A stretch of DNA of 63,514 nt, filler included, from Octopus bimaculoides (taxonomy: Eukaryota), in assembly GCF_001194135.2 (NCBI RefSeq). It is 8 parts of 7 records of this genome, joined end to end, with 100 filler letters (N's around TTAATTAATTAA, not from the genome) between each part and the next. Parts side by side here need not be neighbours in the genome. Positions count along the whole stretch, not along the records: positions 19,811 to 29,266 come from NC_069000.1; positions 29,367 to 41,930 come from NC_068991.1; 6 more parts are not named here. One strand, written 5' to 3'. The notes under the pieces were generated by a model. It did no database searches. It worked only from the letters and a program-made list of their open reading frames with translations, and was not told the origin of the DNA. This document shows, in pieces, positions 25,237 through 39,328 of this stretch (within the stretch, counting starts at the first letter, position 1; every line of letters begins with the position of its first letter). A program made the translations under genes and the position numbers.

Positions 25237-26576
25237 NNNNNNNNNNNNNNNNNNNNNNNNNNNNNNNNNNNNNNNNNNNNNNNNNNNNNNNNNNNNNNNN
25301 NNNNNNNNNNNNNNNNNNNNNNNNNNNNNNNNNNNNNNNNNNNNNNNNNNNNNNNNNNNNNNNNNNNNNNNNNNNNNNNNNNNNNNNNNNNNNNNNNNNN
25401 NNNNNNNNNNNNNNNNNNNNNNNNNNNNNNNNNNNNNNNNNNNNNNNNNNNNNNNNNNNNNNNNNNNNNNNNNNNNNNNNNNNNNNNNNNNNNNNNNNNN
25501 NNNNNNNNNNNNNNNNNNNNNNNNNNNNNNNNNNNNNNNNNNNNNNNNNNNNNNNNNNNNNNNNNNNNNNNNNNNNNNNNNNNNNNNNNNNNNNNNNNNN
25601 NNNNNNNNNNNNNNNNNNNNNNNNNNNNNNNNNNNNNNNNNNNNNNNNNNNNNNNNNNNNNNNNNNNNNNNNNNNNNNNNNNNNNNNNNNNNNNNNNNNN
25701 NNNNNNNNNNNNNNNNNNNNNNNNNNNNNNNNNNNNNNNNNNNNNNNNNNNNNNNNNNNNNNNNNNNNNNNNNNNNNNNNNNNNNNNNNNNNNNNNNNNN
25801 NNNNNNNNNNNNNNNNNNNNNNNNNNNNNNNNNNNNNNNNNNNNNNNNNNNNNNNNNNNNNNNNNNNNNNNNNNNNNNNNNNNNNNNNNNNNNNNNNNNN
25901 NNNNNNNNNNNNNNNNNNNNNNNNNNNNNNNNNNNNNNNNNNNNNNNNNNNNNNNNNNNNNNNNNNNNNNNNNNNNNNNNNNNNNNNNNNNNNNNNNNNN
26001 NNNNNNNNNNNNNNNNNNNNNNNNNNNNNNNNNNNNNNNNNNNNNNNNNNNNNNNNNNNNNNNNNNNNNNNNNNNNNNNNNNNNNNNNNNNNNNNNNNNN
26101 NNNNNNNNNNNNNNNNNNNNNNNNNNNNNNNNNNNNNNNNNNNNNNNNNNNNNNNNNNNNNNNNNNNNNNNNNNNNNNNNNNNNNNNNNNNNNNNNNNNN
26201 NNCATATGTTTGCATGTATGTATATGTGTGTATGTATATATATATGTATATATATATATATATGTGTGTAATACACTTTAATGTTGAATTGGTTGTCCGG
26301 TTAAGAATCTCAGGTGTTAGCTGTTTGATTTGTTCTAAAAATCTTGAGCATTCTCATGTTATCACTTGGGCGCTCACACAGCTACGTACATTACTTATAA
26401 ATAGTAGATATTTCTCTAGTGCAAAATCACTTTGCTATCTAAATTACGACCTAGAATTGTATCTTTGTTAAAAACAGTCTGATGCCTTATAAGAAGACTT
26501 CAAATGCGAAAAAATGAAAGAGAACATATACAACCATATGCATGTATGTATGTATGTATGTATGTATGTATGTATG

Positions 26577-26609
<33 letters not shown>

Positions 26610-27045
26610 GTCTGTCTGTCTGTCTGTCTGTCGGTCTGTCTGTCTATTTATACATATACATACACACACACATTATAAGTGTTTGCGAATGTGTTCGCGT
26701 GCTTGTGAGTGTGTGTCAGTGCGCGTTTCTGGATTACAGTTCAGTAATTTGACAACTGAATAAATCCAAAAAGAAACAGAAGGAATATGTGGTGCCCATC
26801 CGAATGGGATAAACCACACTGATACGTGTTTGCTTGTGAATATTTAATGAATTTGTCTTAGATAAAATAATTCCTTGTTTGATACTAACTTCCTCAGTTC
26901 AAATGTCATCGTGGTCGACTTCCATTCTTATCATTCGTGGTCGATTAATTAAATGCGACTGAAATAAATTTATCTTAATCTAACCCCTAAGGATGTTGCA
27001 TTTGGGTCGACGCTAGAAGTTCAGGGAAAACTTTTTAATTTTTGC

Positions 27046-27200
27046 GTGCAGGTGTGGCTGTGTGAGATTTCCAATCACATGACTTCGGGTTCAGTCCCAC
27101 TACATGGCACTAAAGTAATTATCTTCTATACCCTCGGGTCGAAAGAAACCTTGTGAGTGGATTTGATTAATGCAAAGTGGAAGAAACTCATTGTATATCT
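27046..27200 (+). mobile_element. Family A SINE head
   Basis: GCAGGTGTGGCTGTG...TTCGGGTTCAGTCCCACTACATGGCAC...CCTTGTGAGTGGATTTG. Confidence 0.7.
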
Positions 27201-28773
27201 GCGCGCGCGTGTGTGTGTGTGTGTGTGCACGTTCGTGACCTAGTTGTTAGGGTGTTGCACTCTCTCACTATCGCAAGAACTTAGTTTCGATTCCCAAACC
27301 GGGTGTGTGCTGGGTTCTTGAGCAAAATGTCAGGTTTGCTTCCAGCCACACAACTGCAGCTAGGTAACTCTACAACAGATTTGTGCTCCGTTCAGTGAGA
27401 ATTTTGGTCTTCCCTCTTAACCGATGGGTTGGCATCATTGGAATACTGCAACTATGGGTAAAGCGCATTGTGATCAGTTTTGTATAACAACATACTGTAT
27501 ACAAGTACAAATAGTGATGTATGTATGTATATATGTATGTATGCTTGTATATGTATACACACACATATACATACATATATACATACATTCATACATATAT
27601 AAAACTATAAAACACACGCACATATACACGCATGTAACAATTGTAACTGGTCTCTTATTGGTATTGACTCATTCTATATCTTTCTGTTATCGTGTTATTT
27701 ATATTAAATTGTTATATTATATCCGAAGAACTTAATTGCGACGAAAATCATTGATACAAGCGATGGCCAAGCTTCAACTTCTGCTCGACAATATTGATAA
27801 ATAAATCACAGACCGTGCCGTTTATAAGGACTGCCAGAGAATTTCAGTTGTAGAAACGAAAAGATGAATCATTAAATGAGAAATCATGCTGAGTTTTTCT
27901 TGTCAGCAGACAACGTAAGACTGAACAAATTACCCAGAATTGTAGGAAAATGATGAACGTCTGATTTTATGTGTGGGATCTATGAGAAAACAATTGATTG
28001 AAGAGAAAGTTGAAAGATGCAGCACAGTAAAAGTAGTAGTGTTGCTTTTATTGGTGTAGTTCTTACAGTAGTTGTTGTTTAGCATCAGATCATCTCTTAT
28101 TTAGTAGACACATATGGTCGAGGCTTTATAGTCGGAAAATCACTTCTATGTAAATCAGCGATAAAGCCTGTATGTAGCCAGTCGATTGGCCAGAATTAGA
28201 AACCATACCTTCATCAAATCGTCAAATTGTACCCTACACTCTACTCCCGTTTGGAAAATAAAACATGGTTACAAGAAGAATAATAGATCTAAACAAAAGG
28301 TTCATCTTTGTTTCAGGTTTAAATTTTGTAGGACTAAAAATTTAACAAGTCCAAACTTTTAATGTTTTTTTTAAACTCTAGCTCAGTTTTTATTAAACAG
28401 ATATTTGCCAAAAGTGTTCCATTTCTAACTATGTGTGTCTTTCCGAGACTCACCGTAAGACAGGACGTCATTATTCAGATATACACCCAAAGCATTCTGT
28501 TCAAGGATGGTTGGCAACTGTTCGGAGCTAATGAATTCATGTGCATTGGTGGTAAATCTCGAAAATCAGATTGAAACTTTGCTGTTTTAGCGGATCACCA
28601 TTCCAATACCAATGAATAATATCAATCCATCCAATATTGTTACCAGCAATCAGCGAACTTAACAAACTTCGTCTAACAACATGAATAATACTAAATGAAA
28701 CTGAATACAACTTGTCTTACAAATGATTATGTATACACCCATGTATGTACGTATGGCTCTATTGATCTCTCTA

Positions 28774-28775
<2 letters not shown>

Positions 28776-28851
<76 letters not shown>

Positions 28852-28915
28852 GCCTACCTACCTACCTAGCTGCCTAATCTATCTATCTATCTATCTATTT
28901 ATCTATCTATCTATC
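28776..28915. repeat. (TCTA)n microsatellite; similar tracts at 26578-26640, 32101-32190 and 32667-32728
   Basis: Read directly. Confidence 0.95.
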
Positions 28916-29366
28916 TAGTTTTCCTTTTTTCTTTTTTCCTTATTTATTTCTCTCTTTCTTTCTTTCACTCTTTTTACCTATCATCTATGTATCTCTTTAT
29001 CTGTGCACACATTTCACATGCACAAATGCATACACACAAATATACAGAAATATATACGCTACACATGTCTTCCCAGGCATAATGAAATAGAACACTACCC
29101 AGTGCGCGGCGAGCAGCTTATTCACTCATTTGTTATACATTCATTGGTAACTGACAAAAACTTCAATGCATTGCCTCCAGTAACTTTCCCGTTTATAGAT
29201 AAAGTCTCTTGGTCGCCATCAATAATCTTTCAGGAACACAAGAAACTGGAACCCGACAGTTGGCGCNNNNNNNNNNNNNNNNNNNNNNNNNNNNNNNNNN
29301 NNNNNNNNNNTTAATTAATTAANNNNNNNNNNNNNNNNNNNNNNNNNNNNNNNNNNNNNNNNNNNN

Positions 29367-29402
<36 letters not shown>

Positions 29403-29829
29403 TACTGCATGAAAACAAAGCACAGTAATTTATCAATCAAACTACCAACCAGCAGCAAGTTATTTATACAAATTGGTCTATGTTATTTACTCAAGTCATT
29501 AGTGGGTTTAAAAGCAGTAGTTACATAGACAATTTAAGAGGGCATTCAATATATAATTTAAGAGAGCAGATGAAAGCGCAAAGGGTTGAAACTAGTTCAG
29601 TTGGTACTCTTTGTCTACGAAGATATTGTTTACATTAAGTGCTTTGTTATGTGCCGGTAAACAAAGTTGGCTAAAATACAATTCATCCATCCGTCTGTCG
29701 GTCTGTCTGTCAGTCTGTCTATACATGCATACATCATCATACTTATCACCATCGTCGTCGTTGTCATCGTCGTTGTCGTCGTCGTTGTCGTCGTCGTTGT
29801 TGTCGTCATCGTCATCATCATCATCATCA

Positions 29830-30070
29830 TCACCACCATTATCACCATCGTTTAACATCCACTTTTCCATGCCCGAGTAGATCAGGTGGTATTTGTTGAG
29901 TCTCCACGACCGGATGTCCTTTCTTCTGTCAGTCCCCCCCACCTATTTCCAAGTAAGGTGATTCATCACCATGACCAGACACGTCTTGGAAGATTGGCAA
30001 CAGATACCGCTTTCTCGACGGTGACGATCGCTTAAAATTATCAAGTAATGTCAAAGCAAGTCTACAGTAA
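29830..30070 (-). mobile_element. SINE 3' part ending in an RTE-like tail
   Basis: Ends GGCATGGAAAAGTGGATGTTAAACGATG(GTGAT..), matching the RTE tail at 280-326; the upstream body is not RTE-derived. Confidence 0.6.
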
Positions 30071-30122
30071 CACACACACACACACATGCACACATACATG
30101 GATGCATATGTATGTTTGTGTT

Positions 30123-30188
<66 letters not shown>

Positions 30189-30216
30189 CAAAATAAACAA
30201 CAGAATCCAAGTAGTG

Positions 30217-30304
30217 ATGCAGTACGACCGTTTCAAGTGGGTCCATTTAATTGATCAATGCAATCATTGCATCAATTTAAATGAAGTGTCATCTTCAGCT
30301 GCAC
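30217..30304 (-). ncRNA. Type I hammerhead ribozyme motif in a Penelope pLTR-like repeat
   Basis: GUGCAG-CUGAAGA-[long hairpin, AUGCAAU-G-AUUGCAU apex]-GAAAC-GGUC-GUA-CUGCAU; predicted cut between 30223 and 30222; proximal stem II poorly paired. Confidence 0.8.
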
Positions 30305-30819
30305 AAATAAATAAATAGAATTTTAACAAGTAGGACACATTAATATAATTTTTCTCAATATAATTATTACATTAAGAGCTGTTACCATAAGTAAAGCCAC
30401 ATGCTGGAAAGGGACGCTAAAGTTAAACTACTTTATCAAATATACACACGTGCTGAAGTCGAGGGAATGAACAAAGAAAAAATTCTTAAAAGGTTATCTT
30501 GTATATCGAAACGATTTTATGGTCAGAGTTGTAACACGCTCTCGATTCGTCAGTGCAACCATAACAAGTAATATCTAAATATAAACACCATACGAACACA
30601 ACGTATCCACAGAACATATACAAATGTTCACACTTATATATCCATGAAAAAAATTTCTATCTTGTTCATCTCAGTCACGTGTGTATAACCAAAATATTTC
30701 AGTATTCCGGTTTAATATTTGTCAATTAAAGGATAAAATCTATATAAGATTTTACCAAATAGCCAGCGTGTAAAACCAATTAATGTAAAAAAATAATACG
30801 AAGTATATCATTCTTTTAA

Positions 30820-30920
30820 AAACTGGTACTTAATTTATCGATCCCGAAAGGATGAAAGGCGAAGTCGACTACGGCGGAATTTGAACTCGAACGAAAAGGC
30901 AGACGAAATACCACTAAGAA
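30820..30920 (-). mobile_element. Family B SINE fragment
   Basis: AACTGGTACTTAATTTATCGATCCCGAAAGGATGAAAGGCGAAGTCGAC...GGAATTTGAACTC. Confidence 0.75.
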
Positions 30921-31437
30921 ATAATATAATACAATATAATATAATATAACACACACACGCACACACGCACGGACACTTACATGTATGAGTATGATAGTAA
31001 GTAAGTCTGCGCATTAAGAGTTACACACATGCGTATATGACAGATCGAAACAGACAAATAGAAGGCAAGGGAGGAAGATAGAGTTAAAGGGTGAGGGGAA
31101 CAGGTGTGGAGAAAGACGAGTGGTAAATATAAAAGTCAACGTGAAAAACCCTCATTCTCTAAAAATATTCCGGTTATGGTATCAGAATATTCTAATAATG
31201 GATTCTAGTCTGCAATCTAGAATGTTATAGAGGAATTTTGTTGAATCAGGCTGTAGATAGTAATTCTGTTGATCTAAATATGCAACAACAACAACAACAA
31301 AAACAACCATAAAAGCAAGTAAAAAGAGAGAAAAGAATATTAATTTTTCATAGAAAGAAAGCAAACAAGGCAAACTAAGTGGAGGGGTTTAGAGAGAAAG
31401 ATTGAATATGAGTAAGAGAGAAATTGAAAGAAAGCAA

Positions 31438-31502
<65 letters not shown>

Positions 31503-32101
31503 AAGAGAGAATGGGGTGGTTATAGATTTGTATATTGTATAATATATTTCGTTCAGCCATTCACCATCTTTCACTTCTGACGTCAAATATTACCATTCCG
31601 CATTTTCATAATTATTATACCAATGCTTTTGTTGTTGCTGCTGCTGTTGTTGTTACGACTACTATGGCTTACTGCTCATTCTGTTGCTTGTCATATTCTT
31701 GCTACTGCAGGAGTTGTTGTTGTTGGTACTGTGCCGTTTTGTTGTAGATGTTGATGCTGCTGTTACTGTTGTGTTTCTATTGATGTGTATGTTGTTCATA
31801 CATGTGAGAAGGACGATGGTGATGATAATGGTAGTGTTGATAGTGTTAATACTAACTGCTAATTAAATGAAAATAGGAAAAGAAAACAACGCTAAAAATT
31901 ACTCAAAATGATCGAAATGAAAGACTTTTTTTGTTGCTTCTCTTTGCTGCAGTATTATAGTCCACGTTTGCTGGGGCTGCGTTGATGCACATAAAACAAG
32001 GTGGAATTAATCAAAGATCTATCGAAGAGTATTCATTACACAGCATATTTGAAGATATGTTTGCAGCAGCAGCCACATACCTATGTCTCTATATAAGTAA
32101 A

Positions 32102-32178
<77 letters not shown>

Positions 32179-32227
32179 GTCTGTCTGTCTGTCTGTACAT
32201 ACATTCGTATGTATGTACATCTTAATA

Positions 32228-32274
<47 letters not shown>

Positions 32275-32284
32275 NNNNNNNNNN

Positions 32285-32334
<50 letters not shown>

Positions 32335-32667
32335 TATATACATACGCATATATATATGCATATATATGCATATATACATACGTATATGTAGAACATACAT
32401 CTATACGTATATACATATGCATATGTGGGCACAGGACGTCACGGAACGTAAACAACATAAAAAACGAAAACATGAGATAAGAAATACGAATACATGGAAT
32501 ATGAACTTTTTTTGCAACAACGAAAGAAGCAAATGGAAAACAAGACAAGTAACATAACGAACGACCCTTCATCAGTTGTCGGCTATTTTTTTAATACGGA
32601 TTAGAAAAATAATCTTGCAATTAAATGGTTTTGATTTACTGTCAGGTGACTTTTGTCCGAACCTGTA

Positions 32668-32729
<62 letters not shown>

Positions 32730-33335
32730 AATATATATGTATGTATGTACATACATGTATATATACATATACATGCATGTACTTGTATCGTACCATGATT
32801 AGTAAATAAATATCAAGCATATCAACAATAATCTAGCACTTGACATGGATTTGTAGAGTCATGCATTTTTATTTATGAAGCAAAACATATTAATTTATTA
32901 TGCCAGCTGCTGTTAGTTTCGATGTCTTGATTTTCAGGCCCTGTTTTCCTCTAAATGGTACACAAACGAGAAATACTTTGATAAGATAGGTTTTCAAATT
33001 AACACTTCTGTCAAGACGAATGACTCGTCTTCAGCTATTGTTCCCCAAGTATGATATTACAGTCGCTGTCAAAAAAAAAAAAATGATGTAATTGCTTGAG
33101 GTTGATGGGAAACAGAAAAAAATCAAAGGTGATCGAGAAAGATTACCTCAGTCGTTGCGTGTGTCTCCGTGTGGGAAAGAGAGAGATAAGTGTGCGATTG
33201 AAACAATGGATATATTAGACAAATGACAGAATCGTTGTGAAAAGTAGGAGTAAAGAAAGTTTGACGTGAAACAATATTCAGCGTTTGGTATTTATGTGGC
33301 TCTAGAGTAAAGGAGGTCTTTTTCGAGCTGCGTAT

Positions 33336-33380
<45 letters not shown>

Positions 33381-33382
<2 letters not shown>

Positions 33383-34467
33383 CTAGAAAGGAAGGTGGAA
33401 GAGGGTTGATATCAGAAGAAGACTGCATGTAGTTAGCTAGAGTATATATAGTCACCTATGTAGTTAATTGTGAGGAAAGTTTATTAAGAGCTTCTAGAGT
33501 CACAGCAAGACATAGGAAAGCCAAATAGCCAAGCGAAGATAAAAACCAGAAAAAAGAACAAAAGTTATCTGACTGGCAGGAGAAGGCTTTGCATGGTAGG
33601 TTCCCAAAGGTATTTGCGGCAAATAGTAGTAGTGAGACATGGTTATAGCTGCAGGAAGGAAGGTTGAAAAGAGAGACAGAAAGTTTACTTGTAGCAGCTG
33701 AAGGTCAAACATTAAGGATTAATTGGATAACAGCCAAGATAGACAAAAACCAAGTAGATTCCCAATGTAGGTTATGCAAATTAAAGGAGGAAAGTGTCAC
33801 TCATATAGTAAGTGAATGTAGCACGCTGGCACGAAAGGATACAAGAAAAGATATGACATCCTAGGGAGAGTAATCCACTGGGAGTTATGTAGAAAGCTAG
33901 GATTTGACCATATTGATAAATGGTATTAACATGACCCTAGTAGAGCACTAGAAAGTAAGAAATATAGGATGTTGTGGGACTTAAACATTTAGACTGACAA
34001 AGTAACAGAAGCTAGAAGGCCTGATTTAGTAGTAGTAGATAAATAGAATAGAACGTGTCACGTAATTGACTTTATAGTCCCAAATGATGAAAAAGTCAAT
34101 ATGAGAGGTATAGAAAAAATAACAAAGTGCCAGGATCTAGCCATTGAATTACAGAGACTATGGAAAGTGCTGGTAGAATGTATCTCAGTAGTTATAGGTG
34201 CATTAGGAACTATCCGTAAATATCTGAACAGATGGATAGAGGAAATAAGCATAAACCCAGTTTAGTACAGCTCCAGAAAACAGTGTTATTAGGGACAGCG
34301 AGGAGACTTAGGAGGGTTCTTGGCATCTAAGGTTACTTGTTGTAGTCAACTGTTAGGAATTCTTCTTTCCCAACAGTCTAATCTGTTGTGTGTATGATAA
34401 TAATAATAATAATAATGATAATAATAATAATAATAATGATAATAATAATAATAATAATACTAATAAT
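33381..34467 (+). mobile_element. 5'-truncated R4/Dong-like LINE inside a TAA tract
   Basis: RKEGGRGLIS...KRETESLLVAAE..CRLC..ESVTHIVSEC (CCHC)...ARRPDLV...VIGALG; (TAA)n at 33338-33380 and from about 34394. Confidence 0.85.
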
Positions 34468-34996
34468 ATTTTAAAGGATTGACATTACTCTTCACAAAGG
34501 TAAACAGTCAAGACGAAGAGCACGATTCGATTGCAAGATATTTTATTAGTTGAACGATATTTCATCAGTACGTCTGTCATTGTCAAGTTCAAAATATGAA
34601 GTGATAAAAATTCAAAATTACAGAAATTTAAACGTAAAGTATGAACGAGAGCAACCAGCGTCCATACGTTGATGGAATGACATCATCAGTTTTTAAGTTA
34701 CAATTTTATAACAGGCGAAAAGAAAAAGACAGAAAAAAATAGAAAAAAAAAAGACGACAGAAAAACGGAAAGAAAAAGAGAGAAAGAAGAATATTTAATC
34801 AAACAGTTTTGTATACATTTGATGATATTCTCCTGTCATCTTATTCATTCCTCCAGGGCGTGATGTTAATAACCCGCAAGCATATTTCTCCTCACATTCT
34901 GAGAAGTGAAAGTGGGGCAGATTCAGAATATTTTCTGAGAATATGCACTTTCAAGTCTTCTTCAAAATTGCAGCCGCATGCATTGTTCTTTCATTC

Positions 34997-35047
<51 letters not shown>

Positions 35048-35051
35048 ACTA

Positions 35052-37265
35052 AATCACAGTTGTCGTGAAAGAACAAGTGGGTAAAGTCCCTAACTGGAAA
35101 GTACCCGGACCAGAAGGGATTCATGGCTGAAGAGATGCCACGCGGTACACGAAAGATTAGCAGCCCAATTGAATGTGTGTGTCCAGAAAGGTAGTGTCCC
35201 CACGTGGATAGTAACTGGGGGACAACACTTATAATGAAAGATAGAAGAAAGGGGAATATTGTGGGAAACTACCGTCCCATAGCATGCCTAAAAATAATCT
35301 GGAAGATACTCACTGGAATATGTGCGGCAAACACATACACTTTCCTGGCACAAAAAGAAATACTGCCAAGGGAACAAAAAGGATGTAGGAAGAGGTCTCA
35401 GGGTACCAAGCATAACCTGGTCGTCGATAAAACAGTTTCGAGGTATTGTAAAAAACATCATACAAACATCTCTATAGTATGGATTGACTTTAAAAAAGCA
35501 TATGATATGATGCCTCATTCTTGGATCGTTGAATGTCTGCAGATATTTGGTGTTGCTGACAATATCACAAATTTTCTGATGCATAGCATGAAAGAGTGGA
35601 AAACCAAATTGTACTCAAGTAATGTAGTCCGTAGAGAGGTGACTCGTTTTCTCCGTTACTATTTGTAATTGCACTAATACCCATAACAATGCCACATAGG
35701 AAAGTTAAGCTGGGTCGCCGATGTGGGAAGAAAGGCTCATCATTGAACCATATTCTGTTTATAGATGACCTGAAATTGTTTGTGAAATCTGAAAAACAGA
35801 TAGATTCCTTAACCAAAACAGTCCAGAAGTGTGGTAGAAACATCGGTACGAAATTTGGGATTACAAAATGCTCAGTACTTAATATGAAAAGAGGGAAGAA
35901 AGCAGCCTGTAGAGGATTGCGATTACCATCAGGAGAGACCATGGGTGAACCCGACGGTATTTAAGTATATTTAAGTATTTTGGAGCTGGAAATGACAGCC
36001 TATACAGAGAAATGAAAGTGAAGGTCAGCAAGGCATATAAAAAAATGGTGATGATGGTGTTGAAATCCAACCCGAATGCCAAGAATTTGATTACCGCAGT
36101 GAATATCTGGGCAGTTGAGGTGGTCTGATATAGTGCGTCCATCCGCAAATGGACTAAGGACGAAATATCAACACTGGATAGAAGGGCGTGAGAGTTGATG
36201 ACGCTGCATGGGGCGTTACACCCTAAAACAAACGTAAACAGACTATATGAACAGAAAGAATGGTGGCAGAGGACTAATTAGTATAGACCATTGTATAAAG
36301 AGTGAAAGGAGAACGCTTGCCAAGTATTTGATAAATAGTGATGAAAACCTGCTGCAAGATGCCGCGAAAGATATGGGTGTAAATGCAGATGAAATGATGG
36401 GAAAGAAAGAGTTTAGCCAAAGAACTGAGGGGAAGAGAAAAGAAGACCTTCTTGAAATGAGAATGCATAGACAGTTTGAAAGGAACACACAGAACGTTAA
36501 GGATAATACAGCATCGTGGGCATGACTTTGAGCGAAGTGATTTTAAGCCTAATCATTGCTGCACAAGACCAGGCTCTCGCTACCAAGTCAGGGAAGTATA
36601 ACATTTATAAAACTTCTGACACCCAGAAATGCAGATTCTGTGGAAAGAGCGTGGAAAATGTGACCCACTTGGCAAGTGGATGTGAGAGCCTTTCACAAAA
36701 AGAATACAAGTGTCGCCACGATAAAGTTTGTGTGTATGTCCATTGGCTCTTATGCTGTAAATGCCAATATGAAGTAACAGAGAACTGGTATGAATAAAGT
36801 TATGCAGGAGGATGGAAAAGTAACGATACTCTGGGACTATGATTTTCAGGCGGATCGTGTAATCGAACACCGTTGGCCGGATATTGTCATATTGAATAAG
36901 CAAGATAGATACTGTCAGATCATTGATGTAGCCATACCAAATGAGATGAATGCTGTGAGTAAAGAGGTTGAAAAAATCACCAAGTACTCCGAATTGAAAG
37001 TGGAAATGGCAAGACTGTACAGAATGCGAGAGGGTAATGTAAAAGTGATACCAGTGTTGATCAGAGCGTTGGGCTCAATCCCATCGAAACTTCATGACTT
37101 CTTAAGGCAACTGCAAATCCCACGCAAGATTGATGTCTTGCGAAAAGCAACCTTATTGGGTACAGGGCACATCTTCAGGAGAGCAATATTTGTCTGAGGA
37201 CCTTGTTGTGACTTGACGGATGACTAAAGACTCCGGTGCATTTTTACCTACACTGTGTTACGAAG

Positions 37266-37350
<85 letters not shown>
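35052..37350 (+). mobile_element. R4/Dong-like LINE (RT, CCHC and RLE endonuclease), 5'-truncated and frameshifted
   Basis: NWKVPGPEG, NYRPIACL, QKGC, WIDFKKAYD..PHSW, LFIDDLKLF, CRFC..ENVTHLASGC, HRWPDIV..IIDVAIP...KITKY; stop at 37197; flanked by (ATA)n at 34997-35046 and from 37267. Confidence 0.92.
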
Positions 37351-37352
<2 letters not shown>

Positions 37353-38109
37353 GAAATAGAATTTAATGAAGGACAACGTAGAGCCATGAGAACACAAGAT
37401 ATAAAAGGTTTACATTCAACAAGCGCATCAAATATAGATATATCCCATCTTCAGCTGCCTAACGGATATCATTATCGTTTCGAAACCTGGGAAGTACTAT
37501 TCAATCCGGTAGTGTTTACAGAGTTAAAACATAAACGATGCCTTGGGATTAATAGGCAAGAAACAGGGGACAATCATTTGTGAATATGCTCATTACATCC
37601 TCACGAGTGCTTATGTTTGTATGTGTGTGTGTGTGTGTAGATGTGTGAAAGTATGGTAGTCTAGTGGCATGGCATAGTGCAGGTGTGGGTTGTTGTGTAT
37701 GTGTAATCGTAATGTGTGCGATGAAAGCGTGGAAGTGAGATGACAGCTTATGCGAGTAAAAGAAAAAGGAGGAATGTGAAGAGAGTGGCAGAAGTGTGTG
37801 AAAGAGTATGCGTGTAAGTGGGTGTTGATAGGAAAATGAGAGGCAGAAGAAAAAAAGATCGGGAAAGAAAAATTACGATACAACATTAGTGCAAAAAAGG
37901 AATAATTTCGTGTTTCTGTGAGAAAAGAACATTAATAGGACATGCGGAGGGGCAAAGAGAAGATGTTGATGGTGGGTGCATGCATCGGAATATAAAGCGA
38001 AAATCATATAATCAAAAGGGAGAAAACAGTGAAAATAGGGAGATAACGAAATAAATATATAAGAGAAGGAAGGTCCGAATTCAATAATCTTAATAAGGTT
38101 AGGGTTACA

Positions 38110-39328
38110 GAATTGTGAAATCTTCCAACGACCATAATCATATATTGGATGCCGCTGAAATTGCAGCAAAAGAAACCGTTTCAAAAATACGTCAATTGGC
38201 TAAGTCAACACAAGATGCACCCCATTCAGTTGTATCTTGTGTTATCGATGATTTCGATCAAGCTGTTGCCTCCAAACTACCAAAAATGCAAAGTATTAAG
38301 AGAAATATTTTAAAGTGTTTATCAATAAGCAGTCACTGGTATGCAGACAGTACATTTAAACAGTCCCTTTGTTATTTCACCAGTTTTATACCCTACATGG
38401 ATTAAAAGGGAAAGCTTCGCTGCCACTCGTGTTTGCGCTATTGCCGGACAAAACAGAAAAAAACATATATAACGTTTTTGCATGAGATAAAGAATCTTGA
38501 ACGATCATGTGCAGCATTGTCAAAACGATCGATTTTGAGAAAGCGATGATGAAAGCATTTTTGAAAGAATTTCCGAGTGCAGAACAGAACAGTTGCTTTT
38601 TCCACTTCAGCCAATGTATCTTTCGTGTAATTCAAGAAACAAGAGTATTTGAGTTATTATGTGATAATAACACCTTCCCTGATGAAGCATAAGAAATCAT
38701 TGATTATTTCGAGGATTCGTGGATTGGAAGGTCTAACAGAAGAATGCACGATGCTCACCTCTCCTCTCACTAAATATGTGGAATATGTATTTAAGAGTTC
38801 TTAATAATTTCCCCAAAACAAATAGCTCTCTCGAAGGATTGTCATTCAAAAGCCAAGTTGGGTCTCATCCCACAACAGTTGGAAACTTATCAACTTTTTA
38901 CAAAAAGAATAACGTCTAAGCGAGATTCGGATTGAACAGTATATTGCTGGAATAGAACCAGAACCTCCAAAGAAGCGCTATCGAGATACTACAAAACGAA
39001 TTAAAAGTCTTGTTCAAAATTTTGATCCACAAAATGTTATTGATTACGTTCGTGGTATAGCGCACAACCTTTCCGTTTAAGATTTAATAAGTCCTTTCAG
39101 TAAATACTGTCTTTTGTTTTTTATGCATTTTGAATTTAAAAAATCCTAATGTTTTTATAAATAGTTAACAACGAGATATAAACCCAAATAATTAAAAATT
39201 ATGAATAAAAAATACGCATTCATCAAAAAGAAACAATTTTTATTTTTAGTCAGATTGTGTTTTAGACAAATTGCATTTGGATCAATTGTATTTTAGACGA
39301 ATTGTTTTAGACAAACTCGCCTAGACAC
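38110..39328 (+). mobile_element. Mutator-like (MULE) transposon remnant with right terminal repeat
   Basis: HNH...WYADSTFK...PLVFALLPDKTEKTY...DFEKAMMKAFLKEFP...CFFHFSQCIFR (MULE DDE motifs); repetitive TTAGAC(G/A)AATTG terminus at 39250-39328. Confidence 0.8.

Noticed and set aside
27046-27120. tRNA genes
   Set aside because: All A/B-box-like sequences belong to SINE heads and no cloverleaf can be completed.
29943-30061. Apparent exon ag|...[39 protein letters not shown]|gt
   Set aside because: It lies within a SINE body that runs directly into an RTE-type tail, so the splice-like signals are probably incidental.
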